Notes: a model not told the origin generated them from the letters alone. Positions 19,488-29,354 are shown, numbered from the stretch's first letter. The stretch: DNA of 64,000 nt from Acidimicrobiia bacterium (GCA_031383405.1 JANMZO010000293.1:3820-67819); one strand, 5' to 3'. Numbers and translations: made by a program.

Positions 19488-20060
19488 CTATTCCTCGTCT
19501 GTACCTTCGACAGCGGTACCGGCCACAGCGGCTTTCGCGTGGTCCCCCAACTCTTCGATGAGCGTGGCATTGAGTCCCCAGTCGGAACCTTCAGCGTGAT
19601 GCTCCCGCTTCCAGATCGGTACCGTCGCTTTGAGCGTATCGATACCGAAGCGGGCCGCTTCGAATGCCTCCGGGCGGTGCGGGGTCGAGGCTACGACCAA
19701 CACCGACGACTCACCGAGTTCAATGGCACCCACGCGGTGGATGAGTGCGAATCGGACAAGCGATGGCCATCGGACGCGGGTTTCGGCCTCGATCGCTTCG
19801 AGCCTCGGAACGACCTGCGCTTCGTAGGCTTCATACTCAAGCATCGAGACCCCGGACCGTCCATCGGCATGGTCACGCACGGTTCCAGAGAAGAGAACGA
19901 CAGCGCCGCAGTTCGGTCGCACAGCCCATTCGTAGACCTCGCCGACCGGAAGGGCATCGGTGGTGAGCGCACACCACCGGTCGCCAGAACTCGGAGCGGC
20001 CAGTGACATATCGTGCATGCTACTTCCGAGTATGCGCATCGGCGTTTCTTCCGACCCCAA
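19488..20060 (-). CDS. moaE: molybdopterin synthase catalytic subunit MoaE
   Basis: GAVVLFSGTVRDHADGRSGVSMLEYEAYE ... IWKRE motifs. The true start may be an internal Met (MHDMSL/MSL). Confidence 0.8.
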   Translation of the reverse strand: MGSEETPMRILGSSMHDMSLAAPSSGDRWCALTTDALPVGEVYEWAVRPNCGAVVLFSGTVRDHADGRSGVSMLEYEAYEAQVVPRLEAIEAETRVRWPSLVRFALIHRVGAIELGESSVLVVASTPHRPEAFEAARFGIDTLKATVPIWKREHHAEGSDWGLNATLIEELGDHAKAAVAGTAVEGTDEE

Positions 20061-20080
20061 ACGGCAAACCGCGAATACGC

Positions 20081-21136
20081 TCAGCGTTGCCCCAGAATCT
20101 TCCGCCGCCAGCGCCGGACCGCGATCGTCAGCGCACCGGCCGCCATCAGCGAAACAAGTGCAACTATCCCAAGCGTGACTTCTTGACGGTGTTTCGCGTA
20201 GTACCGCGACAGACCCGACTGCCGCCGGCTTGCTACGAACGCCTCAGCGCTCGTGCTGTGCGGGGCCCATCCAAATGCCTTCAGCCGATCAACGGCAACG
20301 ACCCAGGGATGGCGACTGTAGGGCAGTGCTCCCTCAGGGCGTCGGCGCCCGGGCCACCGGTCGGTCATCCGAGCCACCAGGTCGAGCAGCCAGTCAGGGA
20401 GCGGAAGCCGCAGGTTCGGTCCGAGAAGCTCATGCGCCTGCTCAGCGACAATCCAGTCGTCTGACGCGACGTTGAACGCGCCATCGAGCTTGTTGTCTAT
20501 GGCAGTCACGACGGCGTTGGCCAGATCGTCAATGTGCACGAACTGCAGCGCAGGAAGCCCGTGACCAAGACGATCCGCCAAGCTCGGACGCACCGCATCA
20601 GCCAACCAAGCACGCGCATCGGGGTGACCGAGCGTCACAGCGGGTCGCAATACCGCCACCGCGACATCGGGGTGATCCGCGTGCCACGACACCAACACGT
20701 TTTCACTTCGGACTTTGGCCGCCGCAAAAGCAAAGCCGGGGTTCGGCTGGAGGGGGAAGCTCTCCAGCAGGGGGATAGCATTCTCCGGGTAGGCGCCGTA
20801 CACCGAGGCGCTCGACATCATGACGAACTGCCTAATGCCATGGTGGGCGACCGCAACGAGCAGCCTCGTGAGAATCGCCTGTTCCTGACCACCGGCTGGA
20901 TCGGTCGGGTCGGGGGCAGCCAGGTGCACGACCGCTCCGACGCCCGCGAGGAGTCGCCGACAGTCTGCGCTTCGCAAGTCCGCGCGGTGAACGGTGAATC
21001 GACGAGGTTTGGCCACGCCCTCAGGAAACGGGGCGGTGTCGATTCCCACGACTTCCCAATCGGACCGTTCGGCCAACTGGGCCACTATGTGGCGCCCGAG
21101 TGCACCTGAAACACCGGTAATGGCAACGGTTCGCAT
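20081..21136 (-). CDS. NAD-dependent epimerase/dehydratase family (SDR) protein with C-terminal TM helix
   Basis: MRTVAITGVSGALGRHIV Rossmann motif. C-terminal VTLGIVALVSLMAAGALTIAV. Start chosen at 21136 to avoid overlap with the upstream gene. Confidence 0.75.
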   Translation of the reverse strand: MRTVAITGVSGALGRHIVAQLAERSDWEVVGIDTAPFPEGVAKPRRFTVHRADLRSADCRRLLAGVGAVVHLAAPDPTDPAGGQEQAILTRLLVAVAHHGIRQFVMMSSASVYGAYPENAIPLLESFPLQPNPGFAFAAAKVRSENVLVSWHADHPDVAVAVLRPAVTLGHPDARAWLADAVRPSLADRLGHGLPALQFVHIDDLANAVVTAIDNKLDGAFNVASDDWIVAEQAHELLGPNLRLPLPDWLLDLVARMTDRWPGRRRPEGALPYSRHPWVVAVDRLKAFGWAPHSTSAEAFVASRRQSGLSRYYAKHRQEVTLGIVALVSLMAAGALTIAVRRWRRKILGQR

Positions 21137-21155
21137 AGATGGCTGTTCGAGACCC

Positions 21156-22556
21156 TTATTCGGCGAGACCGACTCGCGCCAGCCACAACCCCGGCGCCGC
21201 GAGTTCGCTGCGGGTCGGAAGGTGCTCAACCTTTGACCAGAGCGTCAGGAGCGCCTCGGGGCCTTTGCGCTGAATGACACCGCCGATAAATGTCGCTCCC
21301 AGCTCCAGCAGTTCGTCATCGACCGACAGACCGAGCATCTGAGCCGCTGTCGTCTTGCCGTGATCAGCCGAGAGTCGCCGACGTCGCCATGCTTCGACCA
21401 CTTTACGGTTGTCGCCCAGCATCCGGGCTCCGGTGACGGCGGCGACATAATCGACGAACCCGACGATCGGGGCAAGAACTCGCGAGATGTCGCTTCGAAC
21501 AGCCGTCTGTTCTGCGGTCTCAGCTACTCCGAACAGCGCTCCTGCATCAGCCAGATCCGGAAGGCCGTCGGCTCCAAAGGATTCAAGTTGATCCTGCAAC
21601 TGTTCGCCGATTGCATCGGGATCGATTACGTACGATCCGACGAAGCGGTCGACGTACGAAACCAGCAGCGAGCGCACGTGAGGGATGCGCAGAACCGAAT
21701 GCATTGCCGTTTCGACAATGGCGACGTGCGTGCGCGCATGTTCGACGGGAACACTCCACTCGGTCGCGAACTCATCAATGTTGCGGAGCACGAAGAGCAG
21801 CTGGTCTTTCGGCGACGACCTCGGAACCGGCAGGTCGTAGGAGCCGAGGCTGGTTTTTGCCAATTCACCGACCATTGCTCCGGCCTGTGAGGAGACAATC
21901 ATCGGGGCGATCATGCCCATCACCGCGCTCATCGGATCACGGTCATCAGTCTCGGGCCCGTCAGTTGGCGGTTTGGTTGCCGACAGCGTGGCCGCGAGCC
22001 GGTCGAGGAGTTGGCGGTAATCCTCAAGTGACTGTGATGCCCATCCAGCCCTGGTAGTTACCACCACAACAAGGTGACCCTCCGAAACATCAAGCCCGGC
22101 CGCCGTCGAAACTTCGCGTTCGACCCGGCCAACGAGTTGCTCCATCTTGATCCGCTCAACCGGATCGGGCGGCGATTCCACCTGTTGCCCGGACGCGGTC
22201 CAAACAGCGATCTGACGGGTCACGTCCCAGTTGAGGCCACCTGACTGGTTCTGCATCGCCGCGAGCTGCTGGAAGAGTGGACCCATTGGACCGAGTGACC
22301 CGAGAAGACCCGCAAGATCAGCGGTTCCGGTCGGGCCGGAGGGTTTGGCGGAAACGGGCCCGTCGTTTGCCAACGCGTCAAACGGATCACCGGGGAACGG
22401 ATCCGGGGGAAGCTCGTCGTCGGACGGGCGGTCAGAGGGGGTATCTGCGCTCATAGGCTTTGCTGCATCGTAGAACCCCTGCCGGGCTTTGCATTCCGGG
22501 CATTGCATTCCCGACGGCAGGGGATTGCCACCTTCCCCTGAGGGTGACGGGGTCAC
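21156..22556 (-). CDS. DUF2342-like putative hydrolase / zinc-metalloprotease-like protein
   Basis: 466 aa. LNWDVTRQIAVWTA and overall layout recalled from the actinobacterial DUF2342 family, but I could not find a canonical HExxH. ATGA overlap with the upstream MFS stop. Confidence 0.5.
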   Translation of the reverse strand: MTPSPSGEGGNPLPSGMQCPECKARQGFYDAAKPMSADTPSDRPSDDELPPDPFPGDPFDALANDGPVSAKPSGPTGTADLAGLLGSLGPMGPLFQQLAAMQNQSGGLNWDVTRQIAVWTASGQQVESPPDPVERIKMEQLVGRVEREVSTAAGLDVSEGHLVVVVTTRAGWASQSLEDYRQLLDRLAATLSATKPPTDGPETDDRDPMSAVMGMIAPMIVSSQAGAMVGELAKTSLGSYDLPVPRSSPKDQLLFVLRNIDEFATEWSVPVEHARTHVAIVETAMHSVLRIPHVRSLLVSYVDRFVGSYVIDPDAIGEQLQDQLESFGADGLPDLADAGALFGVAETAEQTAVRSDISRVLAPIVGFVDYVAAVTGARMLGDNRKVVEAWRRRRLSADHGKTTAAQMLGLSVDDELLELGATFIGGVIQRKGPEALLTLWSKVEHLPTRSELAAPGLWLARVGLAE

Positions 22557-23950
22557 TCGTCGTCGTCGAGCGTCCAGGAACCCTCACCCGGACGTAACGG
22601 TCGCCTCCACACGCGGGCACCGACAGCGAGCGTGTTGTCGATTCGTTGCAGCGACTGTTCGCCACCGACGATGGCCGCCACGACTCCACCGGCGAGTGCG
22701 GCAATGATCAGGAAACCGACAAACCGGGAGATGGGCAGGGCGACAGGGATCAACGCGCCCAGCACCCAGCTGAGTTGAAACCGGGTTTCCAGCCGGGCGA
22801 AGGCGGCACCGCGTTGCGCATCATGGCTCTGGCGTTGCACGAACGCGTCGAAAGCCAAGCGCGACAACGCCGCAGCGATTCCGATCGTTGCGGCCACGAG
22901 CGCCGATTCTGAGGGTCTCGCTTTCAGCGCGGCCAGAGTCGCGATCACACAGACCAGCACCGAGGAACCGAGCAGAACGCGAGCTTCTCCGACGCGGTCA
23001 ACCAACCGGGGGGCGACAAGCGAACCGATCAGACCTCCAATGATACCGGCGCCCGCCACCAGGCCGAGCCACCAGTTCGGAACGTTCTCGCGACGGAAGC
23101 TGAACGCGACGAGGAACGTGACGAGACCGACCAGGCCCCGCTGCACCGACATGGCCAGGGTGGCCAGCCGAAGTGCCGTTCGATGGCGGTGCTCAAAGGC
23201 GGTATCCACCCGTGATCTCGGGCGCCGTGAATCCGGCGGCGATTCGCCGACCTCGACGGGTCGGTCGGTCCCATCGACCGGTCGACGTTCGTTGCTGTCG
23301 GCCCGGGGTACCCGTTTCGTCACCAGGCGCATCGACAAACCCGCAGCGAGAAAGAAGACGATGGCCGCTCCGGCCGCGACCCAGTCAGCGCCGAGCAACC
23401 CCAGGAGGGCCCCGAAGGGCGCGGCGATGAATCCGGCAAGGCCACCGATCAGGGCCAATCGCGAGTTGGCCCGGACCAACTCGGTGGCCGATGGGACAAC
23501 TTCGGGCACGACGGAACTCTTGGCGATGGCGTAGGCCTTGCTGGCCACCAGCAGGGCGAACGCTTCCGGAAACAGCAACAGGCTTCCGTGGATATCGTTG
23601 ACCAAGAGCAGGCAAAGGATGCCGCGGGCGACACCACATGCCAGAACGACCCAGCGACGACTGCCGGAAAATCGATCGATAAGTGGACCTACGAATGGCG
23701 ACACCACCGTGAACGGCGCGAGTGTCAACAACAGGTACGTGAGGATCTTCGGACGGGCTTGGTCGACCGACACGAAGAACAGGGTTTTGGCCAACGCAAT
23801 CGTGACCAGGGCATCGCCGGCACTGGAGGCCGCGTGAACGATACCAAGACGGGCGAACGGGGTCTTCGGCAAACGAAACGAGTCGGCGCTGATCCGGCCG
23901 AAATCGACCGGTTGCCATCCCGACGTCATCGGATGCTCCGGCTTAGCCAA
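22553..23950 (-). CDS. MFS transporter
   Basis: 465 aa, about 12 hydrophobic segments with a charged central loop. Confidence 0.8.
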   Translation of the reverse strand: MAKPEHPMTSGWQPVDFGRISADSFRLPKTPFARLGIVHAASSAGDALVTIALAKTLFFVSVDQARPKILTYLLLTLAPFTVVSPFVGPLIDRFSGSRRWVVLACGVARGILCLLLVNDIHGSLLLFPEAFALLVASKAYAIAKSSVVPEVVPSATELVRANSRLALIGGLAGFIAAPFGALLGLLGADWVAAGAAIVFFLAAGLSMRLVTKRVPRADSNERRPVDGTDRPVEVGESPPDSRRPRSRVDTAFEHRHRTALRLATLAMSVQRGLVGLVTFLVAFSFRRENVPNWWLGLVAGAGIIGGLIGSLVAPRLVDRVGEARVLLGSSVLVCVIATLAALKARPSESALVAATIGIAAALSRLAFDAFVQRQSHDAQRGAAFARLETRFQLSWVLGALIPVALPISRFVGFLIIAALAGGVVAAIVGGEQSLQRIDNTLAVGARVWRRPLRPGEGSWTLDDDE

Positions 23951-23971
23951 CGCTCGTCACAATCTGATCTG

Positions 23972-24442
23972 CTATCGCGGTGGCGGAATGTAGGAGGCCG
24001 AGGCAAACGCCCTTCGGACTTGGGACTTCGGTTCGAGAATCCAAGTGGATGCTTTTTGACATTTGGGATCGTTACCGAGGGAGAGGGCATCGTGGACTAC
24101 CAAAGCGTCGAGGATCTCCGGGATGATATCGCCATGGCTGCAAAGTACCGCCTGTTCATCCACGAGGCAGCGTGTCAGTTCAATCGCCGGCCCACCGGGC
24201 CCTTCGGCAAGCGCGGCGTGTATCTCAATCGGGATCCCGAGCGCTGCCGCGAGCGGAGCGACCGTTTCGATACAACGCCGGTACGGACTTGAGACAATCC
24301 GGGTGAGACCGAGTTGTCCCAACACCTCCACCAGATCGGCCGCCTGGTAGCGGCCGTGCGCGTTGAGGGGACGCAGTTGATCATCGCCCGTGAATTTTCC
24401 TCTCGAACCGGCGTCGGCGTGTCTCAAAAGGTAGACCGTCAC
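23972..24442 (-). CDS. histidine phosphatase family protein (SixA-like)
   Basis: VYLLRHADAG (RHG motif) and a distal CSHGDII. The GTG start overlaps the ppk1 stop (GTGA). Confidence 0.75.
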   Translation of the reverse strand: MTVYLLRHADAGSRGKFTGDDQLRPLNAHGRYQAADLVEVLGQLGLTRIVSSPYRRCIETVAPLAAALGIPIEIHAALAEGPGGPAIELTRCLVDEQAVLCSHGDIIPEILDALVVHDALSLGNDPKCQKASTWILEPKSQVRRAFASASYIPPPR

Positions 24443-26556
24443 AGGCCCCGCCCTCCAAAGGTGGAGCCGGCGCGCTCGACAGCTTGCTTCTGGAACATCG
24501 CATGCGCGCTTATCGGTGCGGTGTCGCCCGCCCGCACGATCCGCGACCATTCGCCGCTCGGTGACAGCTCCCATGCGGAAACGTTGTCGGCGAGGAGCGA
24601 ATCGAGTTGCAGCTTCAAACGCGCCTGAAGGCTGCGATCGAGAATCGGAACAATCGCCTCGATCCGCCGATCGAGATTGCGGGGCATCATGTCGGCCGAG
24701 CCGATCAGGAACGCCGGGTCACCGGTTCCATTGCCGTTGGAGAAGTACCAGAGCCGACTGTGTTCGAGGAAGCGACCGACAATGCTGCGCACCCGAATGT
24801 TGTCAGAGAGGCCGGGAACTCCCGGCCGGAGGCAGCAGATTCCGCGGATGATCAGATCGACCGACACACCCGATTGGGACGATTCGTAAAGAGCCTCGAT
24901 CACGGATTGGTCAACGAGGCTGTTCATCTTCAAGACAATGTGCCCCGGCCCACGAGTCGCCGACGGCATCTCGTTCATGACGAGGTCGATCATCTTTTCG
25001 CGCATACCGGTCGGAGCGACGACGAGGTGGGTGTAGTCGACCGGCCGGGCGAAGCCGGTTAGCCCGTTGAACAACTTTATGAGGTCGTCTCCGAGCGACG
25101 GTTGCGCTGAAAACAGGCCAAGATCCTCGTAGATCCGGGCTGTGGCGGAGTTGTAGTTGCCGGTGGCAACGTGACAGTAGCGGCGAAGTCCATCGGGCTC
25201 CGACCGCACCACCAGCGCGACCTTCGTGTGGGTCTTCAAACCGACCAGGCCATAGACGACATGCACCCCCGCTTCTTCGAGCTTCCGAGCCCAAACAATG
25301 TTCGCCTGCTCATCGAAACGGGCTTTCAACTCGACGAGGGCCGCCACCTGCTTGCCGCGTTCCGCCGCATCGATCAACGCTTTGACAACTGGTGAATCGC
25401 CCGATGTGCGGTAGAGCGTCAGCTTGATCGACAACACATCGGGATCGACCGCCGCAGTTTGTATGAATCGTTCCACCGACGTCGTGAACGAATCATAGGG
25501 ATGGTGCACGAGAATGTCACCGGCCCGGATTCGTTGGAAAAGGTCGATCGTACCGTCGGCGTCCTCCTGCAGAACGGCAGGCGTGCGCGGCTTCCACGGT
25601 TCATCTTTGAGTTCCGGACGGTCGAGGCCGACGAGTGGCCAGAGCCCGGTCAGATCGATCGGTCCTTCGAGCCGGAAGACGTCGAGCGCTTCAAGTTCAT
25701 GTTCTTCGACAAGCATCTCGACGACATCGTCGGGGGTACCGGTCGAGACCTCCAAGCGCACCGCGCGTCCGAAGCGTCGTCGACGGAGTTCGATCTCGAC
25801 GGCCGCCAGAAGGTCTTCGGCCTCCCCTTCCTCCAGCGAGATGTCGGCGTTTCGAGTAACCCGAAACGTGTAGCTGTTTGCAATGTCCATACCCGGGAAC
25901 AGGCTCTGGAACTGGCTGCGAATCAGCTCTTCCAGGAGAATGAAACGGTCGCCGTCGGGCAGGGCGACGAAGCGGGGCAACAACGAAGGGACCTTCACCC
26001 GGGCGAAGCGACGGTCGCCCGTGACCGGGTCGACAACCGTCGCGCCGAGGTTCAGCGAGAGGTTCGATATATAGGGAAACGGATGACCCGGATCGACCGC
26101 AAGCGGCGTAAGCACGGGAAATACACCATCGAAGAAGGTCTTCTGCAACGCCTCCCGGTCGGCGTCGTCGAGTTCGTGCCACTGGACAATGGACACACCG
26201 TGCTCGGCAAGCGCCGGAATAAGTTCACGAAAGAAGAGCAGGTCATGGCGCGAAACAATTTCCCGCACCGCCGAACGCAGTACCGCCAGTTGCGCCCGGG
26301 GCTTCAGGCCGTCGAGGGTACGCTGATCCACGCCGGCTTCGATCTGGTCTTTGATTCCAGCCACGCGGACTTCGAAGAACTCATCGAGGTTGCTTGCAAA
26401 GATCGCGCAGAACTTGACCCGTTCGAGGAGCGCCACCTCGGGATCGATCGCAAGGGACAGCACGCGCCCGTTGAAATCGAGCCACGACAGCTCACGGTTC
26501 AAGTAACGGGAGGACCGTTCAGTCAACGATCCCGCAGTGGCGGCACGACGGGGCAT
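24439..26556 (-). CDS. ppk: polyphosphate kinase 1
   Basis: 705 aa. RYLNRELSWLDFNGRVL N-terminus, and two PLD-like regions including THTKVALVVR. Confidence 0.95.
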   Translation of the reverse strand: MPRRAATAGSLTERSSRYLNRELSWLDFNGRVLSLAIDPEVALLERVKFCAIFASNLDEFFEVRVAGIKDQIEAGVDQRTLDGLKPRAQLAVLRSAVREIVSRHDLLFFRELIPALAEHGVSIVQWHELDDADREALQKTFFDGVFPVLTPLAVDPGHPFPYISNLSLNLGATVVDPVTGDRRFARVKVPSLLPRFVALPDGDRFILLEELIRSQFQSLFPGMDIANSYTFRVTRNADISLEEGEAEDLLAAVEIELRRRRFGRAVRLEVSTGTPDDVVEMLVEEHELEALDVFRLEGPIDLTGLWPLVGLDRPELKDEPWKPRTPAVLQEDADGTIDLFQRIRAGDILVHHPYDSFTTSVERFIQTAAVDPDVLSIKLTLYRTSGDSPVVKALIDAAERGKQVAALVELKARFDEQANIVWARKLEEAGVHVVYGLVGLKTHTKVALVVRSEPDGLRRYCHVATGNYNSATARIYEDLGLFSAQPSLGDDLIKLFNGLTGFARPVDYTHLVVAPTGMREKMIDLVMNEMPSATRGPGHIVLKMNSLVDQSVIEALYESSQSGVSVDLIIRGICCLRPGVPGLSDNIRVRSIVGRFLEHSRLWYFSNGNGTGDPAFLIGSADMMPRNLDRRIEAIVPILDRSLQARLKLQLDSLLADNVSAWELSPSGEWSRIVRAGDTAPISAHAMFQKQAVERAGSTFGGRGL

Positions 26557-26612
26557 GGGGAAACTCCACGTTTATTCAGTCGACGATCCCGCAGTGGCGC
26601 TGCACGACGGGG
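26519..26612. repeat. ~35-bp direct repeat, period 57 bp, duplicating the ppk1 start region
   Basis: 26519-26553 (first 11 codons of ppk1, minus strand) versus 26576-26612. One substitution plus a 2-nt insertion. Confidence 0.9.
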
Positions 26613-26669
26613 ACTTGGGAACCCCAGTCATATCGCCAAGAAGAAGGACCATACGACCGGACCTGGTGG

Positions 26670-26915
26670 TCAGTTCGCCGAGGGCGGAGCGCCGAAGTCC
26701 CAATCGAGCGCAATGTTCTCACGCTCGGCGTCGTGGACCACACGGTCGTGGTTGCGTCGGAACTGGGGATCATGTCGTGGTACGAGCTGCAGGCGGGCCA
26801 GCGTACGCTGGCGGAACTCCTCAATCACCGAGCGATCGCCGTAGTCGCTCTGCAAGTCCCAGTGGGGCGACACAGGGCCGAGGTACACGATCCGCACGTG
26901 GCTCTGCGGATCCAT
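26670..26915 (-). CDS. hypothetical protein, translationally coupled to tatA
   Basis: 81 aa, high GC3. Its ATG overlaps the tatA stop (ATGA). Confidence 0.5.
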   Translation of the reverse strand: MDPQSHVRIVYLGPVSPHWDLQSDYGDRSVIEEFRQRTLARLQLVPRHDPQFRRNHDRVVHDAERENIALDWDFGAPPSAN

Positions 26916-27154
26916 CAGACGTCCTTCGGAGCTTCGGCGGCCTTCTTGGCGACTTCACGGGCGACAGCTTCGTCGAACTTGGCCCTTTCCGCTGCAGCGG
27001 CCGCCTCGGCCTCAGCAGCTTCACGGGCCCCTTCGGCGAGGCCTTTCTTGAGTTCGCCCTGCGCGCGGCCGATGTTGCGGGCCATCTTCGGCAGACGGCT
27101 GCCTCCGAAAATGACCAACGCGACGATTGCTACCCAGATCCATTCAGGTCCCAT
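26915..27154 (-). CDS. tatA: twin-arginine translocase subunit TatA
   Basis: 79 aa. TM helix WIWVAIVALVIFGGSRLPKMARNIGRAQGELKKG followed by an amphipathic A/E/K tail. Confidence 0.85.
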   Translation of the reverse strand: MGPEWIWVAIVALVIFGGSRLPKMARNIGRAQGELKKGLAEGAREAAEAEAAAAAERAKFDEAVAREVAKKAAEAPKDV

Positions 27155-27263
27155 GGGGATAGCGTACCCGAGGTCGCCGGCCCGAAGTTCTTCTCGACAG
27201 CCGAGCGATCCAGTGGACCTGAACCTCGGTACCGCCTCCAAGCGACGCTCACCAAAAAGGCGC

Positions 27264-27548
27264 TCAGGCTGTGGCAGCCCCGTTTGCACGACGGGCGAGA
27301 GCCCGCGACCGGCGAACCTTGCGGCGCTCGCGCTCCGACAAACCACCCCAGATCCCGAACTTCTCGCCGTTGGCCAACGCGTACTCAAGGCAGTCCTCGC
27401 GCACGACGCATCCCCGGCACACTTCCTTGGCCTCCCGTGTGGAGGCTCCACGCTCGGGGAAGAACAGTTCGGGGTCGACGCCCATGCAGTTCGCCTTGCT
27501 CTGCCATGCGGGCATTTCGGATTGTGTGTTGCCTATCCCTCGGACCAC
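27264..27548 (-). CDS. WhiB family transcriptional regulator
   Basis: Four Cys (C-x23-C-x2-C-x5-C), DPELFFP, GIWGG and a basic C-terminus. Start may be the internal Met at 27515. Confidence 0.9.
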   Translation of the reverse strand: MVRGIGNTQSEMPAWQSKANCMGVDPELFFPERGASTREAKEVCRGCVVREDCLEYALANGEKFGIWGGLSERERRKVRRSRALARRANGAATA

Positions 27549-28031
27549 GGGTTCACCTTTTCATCTGCTCATGTTCGCAAGCGCAAGGCCTTGGTGCTGC
27601 GGACGTTTGAATAATGTTCGTTGAAAACTTGCTGCGAAATTGCGGGTGTTGATCGCACTACGACGAATCGGGGAACCGGACCGGCACGAACTGCAAACTC
27701 GGAACTACCAAAACCAATAACCCACGGCGGGTCCTCAGCGTTGAGGTTCGTCTCACGAGAACGACTTCCACCGAGAACAACTTCCATGTAATTACGTGGC
27801 CGCAATTGTGGAGGGAAAACTTGCGCAGCGCAAGCCGAATGACCACAAATTCGCGTAGAACACCCGTTCTACGCTGCGGAAATCGCCGATCCGGCCGATT
27901 TCGGCGGGTTTTCGGATAACACGTTAACGATTGCTCTCAATCCGTGCGCGCCGGAAAGGGCTGGATCGCCTAGTATCTGCACGCTCAAGACGGACCAATC
28001 CAGGTCCGCCGAAACTGGGGAGAAACAGTTC

Positions 28032-29222
28032 ATGAACAAACAAATCAAAGGCGCGGTGCTGTTGTTCAGTGCCCTCGCCCTCGTAGGAGCCGCATGCAGC
28101 TCCGATAAGAAGGCCGCCGACACGACAGCAGCCGCCGACACGACAGCAGTAGCCGCCGACACGACAGCAGCAGCCGACACGACAGCGGCAGCAGCAGCCG
28201 AGACCACTGCCGCAGCCGCAGCCGCCGAGACGACGGTGGCAGCAGCCGCAGCCGCCGGAGGAAAGGCCGGGTTCATCCTGCCCGACTCGAAGTCGTCGGT
28301 TCGCTGGGAATCCTTTGACCGCAAGTACATCGAGGCCGGCTGCGCAGCTGCAGGGATCACATGCGATATCCAGAACGCTGAAGGCGACAAGACGAAGATG
28401 GCGACGATCGCCGACCAGATGCTCGCTTCAGGTGTCAAGGTTCTCGCGATCGTAAACCTCGACTCGCCGTCGGCCGTAGCCATCCAGGAGAAGGCCGCAG
28501 CACAGGGCGTCAAGCTCATCGACTACGACCGTCTGACCCTCAAGGGCAAGACCGATGTCTATGTCTCATTCGACAACGTCGCCGTGGGCAAGGCCCAGGG
28601 CGAAGGCATCATCAAGTGCCTCGGCGGCGCCGATGCCGCCAAGGGCAAGAACATCATCCAGCTCAGCGGTTCACCGACCGACAACAACGCGACCCTGTTC
28701 AAGCAGGGCCAGGACGCGGCCATCAAGGATTCGGGCATCGTTGTCGTCGCCAGTGAGGCTGTGCCGGACTGGGACAACGTCAAGGGTGGCCAGATCTTCG
28801 AGCAGCTCCTCACGAAAGCCGGCGGCAAGATCGACGGCGTTCTCGCCGCCAACGACGGCCTGTCGCTCGCTGCCCAGGCTGTTCTCACCAAGAACGGTCT
28901 CAGCGTTCCGGCCACCGGCCAAGACGCCAGCCGTGATGGCCTCGCCGCCATCCTGGCCGGCACCCAGTGCATGACCATCTACAAGCCGGTCAAGGCCGAA
29001 GCCGACGCCGCAGTTGCCGCAGCCGTTTCGCTCCTCAAGGGCGAGGTTCCTGCATCGAACGCCACCATCAACGACGGTGCCCGTGACCTTCCCTACGTCC
29101 AGGCCGCCATCACCCCGGTCTACAAGGACAACGTGAAGGACGTCGTCGCCGACGGCTTCATCACCAAGGCCGAGCTTTGCACGGGCGACGTTGCCGCCAA
29201 GTGCACCGAGGCCGGCATCTAA
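28032..29222 (+). CDS. sugar ABC transporter substrate-binding lipoprotein (xylose/ribose-binding type)
   Basis: Lipobox LVGAAC, an A/T/D-rich linker, then a type I periplasmic binding fold (GFILPDSKSSVRW ... KVLAIVNLDS ... LAANDGLS). Confidence 0.85.
   Translation: MNKQIKGAVLLFSALALVGAACSSDKKAADTTAAADTTAVAADTTAAADTTAAAAAETTAAAAAAETTVAAAAAAGGKAGFILPDSKSSVRWESFDRKYIEAGCAAAGITCDIQNAEGDKTKMATIADQMLASGVKVLAIVNLDSPSAVAIQEKAAAQGVKLIDYDRLTLKGKTDVYVSFDNVAVGKAQGEGIIKCLGGADAAKGKNIIQLSGSPTDNNATLFKQGQDAAIKDSGIVVVASEAVPDWDNVKGGQIFEQLLTKAGGKIDGVLAANDGLSLAAQAVLTKNGLSVPATGQDASRDGLAAILAGTQCMTIYKPVKAEADAAVAAAVSLLKGEVPASNATINDGARDLPYVQAAITPVYKDNVKDVVADGFITKAELCTGDVAAKCTEAGI
28113..28187. repeat. ~18-bp tandem repeats (gccgccgacacgacagca) encoding the AADTTA linker
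   Basis: At least four units with small indels, in frame, followed by further Ala-rich low complexity up to ~28260. Confidence 0.85.
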
Positions 29223-29271
29223 CCAAGGCTGTACTTCTGCCCGCTCGTTGAGCGGAACCAATAATTTGATC

Positions 29272-29295
29272 GGGGCCCGCATTCGTGCGGGCCCC
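29272..29295 (+). terminator. perfect 10-bp GC hairpin between the binding-protein and ATPase genes (attenuator/partial terminator)
   Basis: GGGGCCCGCA-ttcg-TGCGGGCCCC followed by GGTGCTTTCG. Confidence 0.5.
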
Positions 29296-29354
29296 GGTGC
29301 TTTCGCCGACTTGGGGATTCGCGAATACTGTTACGTGTGGCGTCAGTCACTCGG

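Noticed and set aside
21156-22556. Calling this ORF an active zinc metalloprotease
   Set aside because: I could not locate a canonical HExxH in the translation, so it is kept as a DUF2342-like putative hydrolase only.
25459-26844. 461-aa plus-strand ORF
   Set aside because: It is antisense to ppk1.
27869-28519. 216-aa minus-strand ORF with poly-Ala runs
   Set aside because: It is antisense to the lipoprotein signal/linker region of the sugar-binding protein, and the poly-Ala comes from the linker repeats.
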